From the NCBI GenBank assembly GCA_035288385.1, contig DATEAM010000130.1, forward strand, positions 1 through 57,265: a DNA stretch of 57,265 nucleotides, written 5' to 3'. This document shows, piece after piece, positions 47,205-54,601 of the stretch. How positions within the stretch are numbered: position 1 is the first letter of the stretch; each line of letters opens with the position of its first letter. This stretch comes from Thermodesulfobacteriota bacterium. Lineage in GTDB: Bacteria > Desulfobacterota > GWC2-55-46 > JADFVP01. The notes below the pieces were generated by a model. The model did not search any database and was not told the origin of the DNA. It worked only from the letters and a program-made list of their open reading frames with translations. Made by a program: the position numbers and the translations under genes.

Positions 47205-48420
47205 CCTCCCTGCCCTGCTCCTCTTCGTCCCTTTCGTCCTTATTCAGGGATGCGCCTCTGTAGCGCCGACCGTGGACGGCCACGGGCCGTGGCCCACCCA
47301 CTTCCATGACGCCTCCAGGACCAACCTCTGCCCTGGCGGAGTAGTCCTGCCCGTCAAGATGGACTGGGAAAAAGAGAAATCTCCCTTCGAGTTCTTCAAG
47401 GTCTATCCCAAGGCCCAGCTCTCCGGACCCGTCGTCTCCGAAGGGGTACTATTCGTTGGCTCCACGGACCGGAGCTTCTACGCCTTCGACTACAGGACCG
47501 GAAAGGTCCTCTGGGAGTTCAAGGCGGAATATTTCATAGAGTCCACCCCCACGGTCGAGGGCGACCGTGTATGCTTCGGCTCCTCGGACGGGTTTATGAG
47601 GTGTCTGGACAGAAACACCGGTAAAGAGCTCTGGAAGTACCAGGCGCGTTCCGAGATCATATCTTCACCCCTTATCCTCGGCGAGCGCCTCTACTTCTCT
47701 TCTTCCGACGATAGAATAACCTCCCTCGACATGAATACCGGCGAAAAGGTCTGGGTCTATACGAGGGGGACCTTCAGGACCGTATCAGCCCGGGTGCTGA
47801 GCTCGCCTGCCGCGGCGGCGGATGGGGGGAAAATCTTCAATATCTTTTCCGACGGGGCCCTCGTGGCCCTCGAGGCCGAAACGGGCCGCCTCCTCTGGGA
47901 CAAAGACGTGGCCGGGGACTTTTCATCGGCTGGGAGGATACGGAGGACCCCCATGGTCGCGGGAGACAGGGTATTCGTCATCGACTCCACGGGCGCGCTC
48001 CTCGCCCTCGACGTGGAGAAGGGCACGGTCCTTGAGACCTACGACACCCTCGAAGCCCGGGACTTCGTAGCCCCGGTCGACGGAGTGCTCGTGGTCGCCG
48101 GCACGGACCGGATAGTTGCCGTCGACAGGGCCACTGGCTCCACCCTCTGGAGCCGTGAGCTCGAAAAGTCTCCCGTGGCCACGGTCTTCGCCGCCAACGG
48201 GGAGCTCTTCGTCATCTCCAACTACACGGTCCCTCGACTCGGCCTCAAGTGGCTGACGAAGACAAAGGGCTACATGGAGGTCCTCGACATGAAGGACGGC
48301 AAGCTCCTATGGGAGAAAAAATTCCCCTCGCCCGTAACGCCGAACGCGGGGTGCGCTGAAAACAGTTTCGCCCTCTTTACCGACCAGGGGGAGGTACAGG
48401 TATTCGGGCAGGACAGATGA
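47167..48420 (+). CDS. PQQ-like beta-propeller lipoprotein (BamB-like)
   Basis: Signal/lipobox-like LIQGCAS and repeated propeller blades (G.L.VGS.D...YA.D..TGK.LW). The ATG at 47167 has a GGAGGAAG RBS; the track start at 47149 is a TTG. Confidence 0.7.
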   Translation: MHANSSTRSLAGSLPALLLFVPFVLIQGCASVAPTVDGHGPWPTHFHDASRTNLCPGGVVLPVKMDWEKEKSPFEFFKVYPKAQLSGPVVSEGVLFVGSTDRSFYAFDYRTGKVLWEFKAEYFIESTPTVEGDRVCFGSSDGFMRCLDRNTGKELWKYQARSEIISSPLILGERLYFSSSDDRITSLDMNTGEKVWVYTRGTFRTVSARVLSSPAAAADGGKIFNIFSDGALVALEAETGRLLWDKDVAGDFSSAGRIRRTPMVAGDRVFVIDSTGALLALDVEKGTVLETYDTLEARDFVAPVDGVLVVAGTDRIVAVDRATGSTLWSRELEKSPVATVFAANGELFVISNYTVPRLGLKWLTKTKGYMEVLDMKDGKLLWEKKFPSPVTPNAGCAENSFALFTDQGEVQVFGQDR

Positions 48421-50642
48421 AAGGAACGCTCAATATCGCCTTTGTCTGGCACATGCACCAGCCCCTTTACAAGGACCCGTCCTCTGGAGAGTATACGATG
48501 CCCTGGGTCCTCCTCCACGCCACGAAAGACTACCTCGACATGGTCTCCATCCTCGAGGAGTTCCCCGACATACACCAGACCATAAACCTCGTGCCCTGCC
48601 TCATAGACCAGATAAAAGACTACGCCTCGGGAAAAGCCCGCGACGCCTTCCGGAACGTCGCCATGAGGCCCGCAGAGGAATTAAAGAGGGGCGAAAAGCG
48701 CTTCCTCCTCAAGAACTTCTTCCACGCGAACCGCGAGACGATGATACGGCCCATTGAGCGCTACAGAGGGCTTCTGAACAAGCGCGGGGCCACGGGAGGA
48801 GAGGACGAGCTCAACGGCGCATTGAGGTCCTTCAACGCCGGCGATTACCGCGACCTCCAGGTCCTCTTCAACCTCGTCTGGATAGACCCGGTCCTGAGAG
48901 AGAGGGACGCCTTCCTCAAGGGGCTCGTCAGAAAGGGCAGGGGCTTTACCGAGAAGGAAAAGGCGAGGCTCCTTGAAAAACAGATAGAGATAGCCGGGGC
49001 CGTTATCCCCAAGCACGCCGAGCTGCAGGAACGCGGTATAATAGAGGTCTCCACCTCCCCCTATTACCACCCCATAATGCCGCTCCTCTACGACTCCGAG
49101 GTGGCGAGGGTGTCCATGCCCGGCATAACGCTCCCCCTGGAGAGGTTCAACTTCCCAGAGGACGCCGTGGGGCAGATGAGGAGGGGGATAGAGCTTTACA
49201 AAAAGACCTTCGGCCGACCCCCGCGCGGGGTCTGGCCCTCCGAGGGGTCTTTGTCCACGGAGATACTCCAAATACTCAGGGACGAGGGGATGGAATGGAC
49301 GGCCACTGACGAGGAGATACTGACGAACACCCTCAGGAGGCCCTTGAGGAGGGACTCCTCGGGAAACTGCCTCGACGCCTTCCTCTACAAGCCCTACGCC
49401 TTTGAAAAGGAGGGCTCCAGGATTACGGTGCTCTTCAGGGACCACGTCCTCTCGGACCTTATCGGCTTCGATTACGCGAAGATGGACCCGGGCGAGGCCG
49501 CCGACGACTTCGTAAGGAGGCTCCTCAACATATACGGCTTATTCGAAAGGCCCGCGGACCACGTGGTGAACGTCATCCTGGACGGAGAGAACGCCTGGGA
49601 GTGTTACGCCAACGACGGCAGGGACTTCCTGCTTGCCCTCTATGGGAAGATATCCAGGAGCAGGCATCTTAAGTGCGTTACGGTGAGCGAGTACCTCTCC
49701 GGCAACCCCCCTGCCGAGAAGATCTCGGGGCTCTACCCGGGCTCCTGGATAAACCACAACTTCAAGATATGGATAGGCCATCCCGAGGACAACACGGCAT
49801 GGGACTACATATACGGCGCGAGGAAGGCCCTTGTCGAGCACGCCGAGGGCCTCGGCCCCGAGCCGGGCCCCGGGGAGAAGGACGCCCTCGCCGAGGCATG
49901 GGACGCCCTGTACGCGGCCGAGGGGAGCGACTGGTTCTGGTGGTACGGCGAGGAGCACTCCTCCACGAGCGACGAGCACTTCGACACGCTCTTCAGGGAG
50001 CACGTAAGGAAGGTCTACTCCGTGATAAAGAGGGAGCCCCCCGTCTCCCTCGACATACCCATAATCACCGAGGAGAAGGTCTTCTCTCCGTCGTCTCTTC
50101 CCGGGGCCTACCTCAAGCCCGTCATAGACGGAGAGATTACGAACTACTTCGAGTGGATGGCCGCGGGCAGGATCCAGTACACCTACTTCGGCACCGCCAT
50201 GCACAGGGAGGCCGCGGACGGGGGGCTCGTCGAGGGCATATCCTACGGGTTCTCCCCTGAGGAGCTCTTCCTGAGGCTCGACTACATACACACGAGGGCC
50301 CCCTTTGAAAAGGAGTGGAGCTTCACTTTGACCTTCATCCACCCCGCGAAGGTGAAGATAAAGGGCATTGTAAAGGGGAAGAAGTCAGGGGCCGTTGTCT
50401 TTGAAAAACCCTCGGACAGGGAGGAGTGGGTTGAGACGGGCCCCGTCGAGAGGATAGCCTCGGACACGGTGGTGGAGGTCGCCTTGCCCTTGAAGGCCCT
50501 CGGCGTCAGGCCCGCCGACGAAATGAGGCTCTATATAACCATAGACGCAGGAGTGCTCGGTGTGGAGAGGTGGCCCATGAAGGGTTCGCTCAGGATTGAG
50601 GCCCCGGGCGCGGACTTCGAGCAGGAGCAGTGGATGGTATGA
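48417..50642 (+). CDS. Glycoside hydrolase family 57 protein (alpha-amylase / alpha-glucan-processing enzyme)
   Basis: GH57 signatures: NIAFVWHMHQPLY, HATKDYLDM, GIIEVSTSPYYHPIMPLL, GVWPSEGS and ILDGENAWE. Confidence 0.88.
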   Translation: MKGTLNIAFVWHMHQPLYKDPSSGEYTMPWVLLHATKDYLDMVSILEEFPDIHQTINLVPCLIDQIKDYASGKARDAFRNVAMRPAEELKRGEKRFLLKNFFHANRETMIRPIERYRGLLNKRGATGGEDELNGALRSFNAGDYRDLQVLFNLVWIDPVLRERDAFLKGLVRKGRGFTEKEKARLLEKQIEIAGAVIPKHAELQERGIIEVSTSPYYHPIMPLLYDSEVARVSMPGITLPLERFNFPEDAVGQMRRGIELYKKTFGRPPRGVWPSEGSLSTEILQILRDEGMEWTATDEEILTNTLRRPLRRDSSGNCLDAFLYKPYAFEKEGSRITVLFRDHVLSDLIGFDYAKMDPGEAADDFVRRLLNIYGLFERPADHVVNVILDGENAWECYANDGRDFLLALYGKISRSRHLKCVTVSEYLSGNPPAEKISGLYPGSWINHNFKIWIGHPEDNTAWDYIYGARKALVEHAEGLGPEPGPGEKDALAEAWDALYAAEGSDWFWWYGEEHSSTSDEHFDTLFREHVRKVYSVIKREPPVSLDIPIITEEKVFSPSSLPGAYLKPVIDGEITNYFEWMAAGRIQYTYFGTAMHREAADGGLVEGISYGFSPEELFLRLDYIHTRAPFEKEWSFTLTFIHPAKVKIKGIVKGKKSGAVVFEKPSDREEWVETGPVERIASDTVVEVALPLKALGVRPADEMRLYITIDAGVLGVERWPMKGSLRIEAPGADFEQEQWMV

Positions 50643-50659
50643 TGAGCGGGCGGCGCGAG

Positions 50660-53290
50660 ATGAAAAACCTTACCCCGGCCATGCGCCAGTACATGGAGAT
50701 AAAGGGCGAGAACCCGGACGCGATCCTTTTTTTCAGGATGGGGGACTTCTACGAGATGTTCTTCGACGACGCGGTAACCGCATCGAGGATAATGGGCATA
50801 GCCCTCACATCGAGGGACCGCGACCGCGAGATCCCCATGTGCGGGGTCCCATACCACTCGGCGAGGTCTTACATAGCGAAGCTCGTGGGAGAGGGGCTCA
50901 AGGTGGCCGTATGCGAGCAGGTCGGGGACCAGGGCCAGGCAGGGGCAGGGGGGGCAGGGGGAGGAGGGGTAGGAGGGGGGGGCAAGGGCATAGTAAGGAG
51001 GAAAGTAGTCAGGGTCATAACCCCGGGCACGGCAGTCGAGGACGAGCTCCTTGAGCCAGGAGCGAACAACTTCATAGCCGCGGCGAGCGTAAACTCCAGG
51101 AAATACGGTTTCGCCTACATGGACCTCTCAACAGGGGAGTTCCTCCTTACGGAGCTCGCCTCGAAAGAGGAGCTTACCGACGAGATAAGAAGGATAAGGC
51201 CCCTCGAGCTCATAGTCGAGAGGTCGAGGCAGGCTGAGTTCTCCTCCACGGACCCGTCCGTAAAAAAACTGACCCCCCTTCCGGAATACGACTTCGAAGA
51301 GGGGGTGGCCGCCGGGAGGATGAAGGCCCACTTCAGGACCCACTCCCTCGACGGCTTCGGCTGCTCCGGGCTACCCGCCGCCGTGAGCGCGGCAGGAGCG
51401 CTCCTCCATTACATAAAGGGCACCCAGAAGACCGAGCTCGCCCACATAAGGAAGTGCACGCCCTACTTCCCGGACGACTACCTCGTCCTCGACTCCACGA
51501 CGAGGAGGAACCTCGAGATAACGGCCAACTTGAGGTACGCCACGAAGGAAGGCACGCTCCTTGAGCTCCTCGACACCACCTCGACGGCCATGGGCGCAAG
51601 GAGGCTCAAGTCCTGGCTCCTCCACCCCCTTAAGGACGCCTCAGAGATAAACCGCAGGCTCGACGCCGTCGAAGAACTCGTGGAAAAGAGGGAGGCGAGG
51701 GAGGCGCTCGCCTCCCTCTTCAAAGACGTATACGACCTCGAGAGGCTCTGCGCCAGGGTCTCTCTCGCCATGGCCGGCCCGAGGGACTTGGCGGCCTTGA
51801 GGAACTCCCTTGAGAAGCTCCCCCGGGTGGCTGAAGCCGCTTCCGATTTGAGAGCACCCATGCTCAGCGAGCTCTCATCCAACATGGACCCGGTAAGCGA
51901 GGCCGCTTATGCAATAGGAAAGGCAGTGGTGGAAAACCCCCCGGCGACGGTCAGGGATGGGGGCGTTATAAGGGAGGGCTTCGACTCCGCCCTCGACGAA
52001 CTCAGGGAGATAGGCTCCGGGGGCAAGGACTGGATAGCGAGGCTCGAGGCCGGGGAGAGGAGGAGGACGGGCATAAACTCCCTCAAGGTGGGCTATAACA
52101 GGGTCTTCGGCTACTACATAGAGGTGACGAGGACGAACCTTCAGAGCGTGCCCCCGGAGTACACGAGGAAGCAGACCCTTGTGAACGCCGAGAGGTTCGT
52201 AACAGGGGAGCTCAAGGAGTGGGAGGACAGGATACTTACGGCCGAGGAGAAGGCCACAGAGCTCGAGGGAGAGCTCTTTTCCGACCTCGTGGAAACCCTC
52301 TCTCAGTATACGGAGAGAATCAGGAGTACCGCCGCCGTGGTCTCAACGCTCGACGCCCTTATCTCGCTTGCCCGCGCCTCGGAGAGAAACGGATACGCGA
52401 AGCCCGAGGTCGTAGAGGGCACTGAGATATTCATCCGCGACGGCAGGCACCCCGTGGTGGAGGCCTCTGCCGCAGGGGACTTCGTCCCCAACGATTTGAG
52501 CGTTGACGGCTCCACGAGCCAGGTCCTCGTCATCACGGGCCCCAACATGGCTGGAAAGTCCACGTACCTGAGACAGAACGCCCTCATTGTGCTGATGGCC
52601 CAGATTGGGTGTTTCGTCCCCGCGGCCGAGGCCAGAATCGGGGTGGTGGACAGGATATTCACGAGGGTGGGCGCCTCGGACGACCTCTCGAGGGGACAGT
52701 CTACCTTCATGGTGGAGATGAACGAGACGGCTAACATCCTCAATAACGCCACCCCAGGGAGCCTCGTCATACTCGACGAGATAGGCCGCGGCACCTCCAC
52801 CTTCGACGGGCTGAGCATCGCCTGGAGCGTCGTTGAGTACATCCACGACCACCCGGGGCTTAGGGCAAAGACCCTCTTCGCCACCCACTACCACGAGCTC
52901 ACAGAGCTTAACTTGACAAAGGAAAGGGTCAAAAATTATAATATGGCTGTCAAGGAGTGGAACGGAGAGGTGATATTCCTGAGGAAGGTGGTCCCCGGGG
53001 GTTCTTCCTCAAGTTACGGCATACAGGTGGCAAAGCTCGCGGGCCTGCCCGACAGGGTAATAGAGAGGGCGGGGGAGATATTGAGGAACCTCGAGAAGGG
53101 CGAGCTTACCGAGACCGGGGCCCCGAGGCTCGCCGCCCACGCCAAGGGTGAAGAAGAGATAAAACAGCTGAGCCTTCTCGGAGCGAAGGACGAACTGAGG
53201 GAGCGATTGAAGACTATCGACATCGAAAGGACCACGCCCATAGAGGCCCTCGATTTGCTTCATAAACTGAAAATGCTGCTGGATGAGTGA
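50660..53290 (+). CDS. mutS: DNA mismatch repair protein MutS
   Basis: TPAMRQYMEIK ... FFRMGDFYEMFFDDA ... ITGPNMAGKSTYLRQ ... DEIGRGTSTFDG ... THYHEL. The ATG at 50660 is preferred; in-frame upstream ATGs exist at 50630, 50639 and 50642. Carries an in-frame G-run block at 50924-50988. Confidence 0.95.
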   Translation: MKNLTPAMRQYMEIKGENPDAILFFRMGDFYEMFFDDAVTASRIMGIALTSRDRDREIPMCGVPYHSARSYIAKLVGEGLKVAVCEQVGDQGQAGAGGAGGGGVGGGGKGIVRRKVVRVITPGTAVEDELLEPGANNFIAAASVNSRKYGFAYMDLSTGEFLLTELASKEELTDEIRRIRPLELIVERSRQAEFSSTDPSVKKLTPLPEYDFEEGVAAGRMKAHFRTHSLDGFGCSGLPAAVSAAGALLHYIKGTQKTELAHIRKCTPYFPDDYLVLDSTTRRNLEITANLRYATKEGTLLELLDTTSTAMGARRLKSWLLHPLKDASEINRRLDAVEELVEKREAREALASLFKDVYDLERLCARVSLAMAGPRDLAALRNSLEKLPRVAEAASDLRAPMLSELSSNMDPVSEAAYAIGKAVVENPPATVRDGGVIREGFDSALDELREIGSGGKDWIARLEAGERRRTGINSLKVGYNRVFGYYIEVTRTNLQSVPPEYTRKQTLVNAERFVTGELKEWEDRILTAEEKATELEGELFSDLVETLSQYTERIRSTAAVVSTLDALISLARASERNGYAKPEVVEGTEIFIRDGRHPVVEASAAGDFVPNDLSVDGSTSQVLVITGPNMAGKSTYLRQNALIVLMAQIGCFVPAAEARIGVVDRIFTRVGASDDLSRGQSTFMVEMNETANILNNATPGSLVILDEIGRGTSTFDGLSIAWSVVEYIHDHPGLRAKTLFATHYHELTELNLTKERVKNYNMAVKEWNGEVIFLRKVVPGGSSSSYGIQVAKLAGLPDRVIERAGEILRNLEKGELTETGAPRLAAHAKGEEEIKQLSLLGAKDELRERLKTIDIERTTPIEALDLLHKLKMLLDE
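50924..50988 (+). repeat. G-run block in-frame in mutS (GDQGQAGAGGAGGGGVGGGGKG), including G7 and G8 homopolymers
   Basis: Direct reading: ggggaccagggccaggcaggggcagggggggcagggggaggaggggtaggaggggggggcaaggg. Confidence 0.9.
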
Positions 53291-53292
53291 TT

Positions 53293-54549
53293 ATGAGCCC
53301 GCGCGTCCTCCCCCCCCTGCCCCCCCTGCTGCCGCAGCCCCACATTGCGGGGTCTTCCCTTAAGACCCTCTTTGTGCTCCTGCTATTCCTCATCGCGGTC
53401 TTTATCCCCGACGAGGTATACCCCCTTGCGCCCATGACTCATGTAACGAGGATAAGGCACTGGTCCAACCCCGACTATACGAGGGTGGTAATAGACCTCT
53501 CGGAAAAGACCACTTACAGCTACAGGCTCCTGAAGCAGGACCCGTCCATCAACAAGCCAAGGCGCCTCTACGTGGACATCGAAGGAGGGACGCTCGGCAA
53601 GGAGATCGACAGGTCCATACCCATATACGACGGGCTTTTGATGGAGGCGAGGGCCGGGCAGTTCGACAGAAGCACCGTGAGGGTAGTGCTCGACATAGAA
53701 AGCATCGAGGAGTACAAGGTCTTTGCGCTCCAAAACCCCTTCAGGATCATAATAGACGTCTCGGGCAAGAGAAGGGCCTCGGGCCAGAAGGCCGATAGGG
53801 CTGAGGAGGCCGGGGGGGCCGGGGGGGTCAAAAGGGATTACGAAAAACAGGCTCTCAGGAAATATAAAAAGGGGTTGAGGATAGTCATAGACCCGGGCCA
53901 CGGCGGAAAGGACCCCGGGGCCATAGGCAGGAGTGGGCTCGAGGAAAAGGAGGTAACGCTCAAGATATCGGAGCTCCTCAGGGAAAAACTCTCAAAGAAA
54001 CTCGGCTCGGCCGAGATCATAATGACGAGAGACACGGACGTCTTCATCCCCCTCGAGGAGAGGACGGCCATAGCCAACAAGGTGGACGCGGACCTCTTCG
54101 TCTCCGTGCACATAAACGCGAGCCCCCGGAGGGCGGCGAGCGGGATCGAGACCTATATACTGAGCCGCGCCAAGGACGAAGAGGCCCGCAGGCTTGCGGC
54201 CAGAGAAAACGCCACCACCGCCGGGGCCTTAAGCGACCTGGAGTTCATACTCGCCGACCTCATAAAGACCGCGAAGACCAACGACTCGATGAGGCTCGCC
54301 GCCTCGGTGCAGGAAAACCTCGTTGACGGGCTCAAGACCAGGTACAGGGGGATAAACAGCAACGGCGTAAAGGGCGCCCCCTTCTACGTGCTCGTGGGCA
54401 CGAGGATGCCGAGCATACTCGTGGAGGTCTCCTTCATAAGCAACCCCACCGAGGAGAGGAGGCTTAAAGACCCGAGGTACTTGAGTACCGTAGTGGAGGG
54501 CATAGCCTCAGGAGTCATAGCCTACATAAACGGATCCGGGCTTACATAA
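53293..54549 (+). CDS. amiC: N-acetylmuramoyl-L-alanine amidase with N-terminal AMIN domain (AmiC-like)
   Basis: AMIN domain (RIRHWSNPDYTRVVIDL ... RLYVDI ... RVVLDI ... FRIIIDV) and Amidase_3 (IVIDPGHGGKDPGA ... SVHINA ... GIETY ... VEVSFISNP). A GTG at 53287 is an alternative start. Confidence 0.88.
   Translation: MSPRVLPPLPPLLPQPHIAGSSLKTLFVLLLFLIAVFIPDEVYPLAPMTHVTRIRHWSNPDYTRVVIDLSEKTTYSYRLLKQDPSINKPRRLYVDIEGGTLGKEIDRSIPIYDGLLMEARAGQFDRSTVRVVLDIESIEEYKVFALQNPFRIIIDVSGKRRASGQKADRAEEAGGAGGVKRDYEKQALRKYKKGLRIVIDPGHGGKDPGAIGRSGLEEKEVTLKISELLREKLSKKLGSAEIIMTRDTDVFIPLEERTAIANKVDADLFVSVHINASPRRAASGIETYILSRAKDEEARRLAARENATTAGALSDLEFILADLIKTAKTNDSMRLAASVQENLVDGLKTRYRGINSNGVKGAPFYVLVGTRMPSILVEVSFISNPTEERRLKDPRYLSTVVEGIASGVIAYINGSGLT
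53307..53341 (-). repeat. G-run block in reverse orientation (C8,C7,C4 on the + strand), read as Pro-rich PPLPPLLPQP in the amidase N-terminus
   Basis: The reverse complement of cctcccccccctgccccccctgctgccgcagcccc contains cagggggggcagggggggg, the same CAGGGGGGG unit seen in miaB and mutS. Confidence 0.85.
53809..53828 (+). repeat. (CCGGGGGGG)x2 in-frame in the amidase inter-domain linker (AGGAGG)
   Basis: Direct reading: ggccgggggggccgggggggt. Confidence 0.9.
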
Positions 54550-54601
54550 GGCCCTTCTATCAGGGAGCGTCGAAGGCATGGCGCGACACCGAAAGGTTTG
54601 A

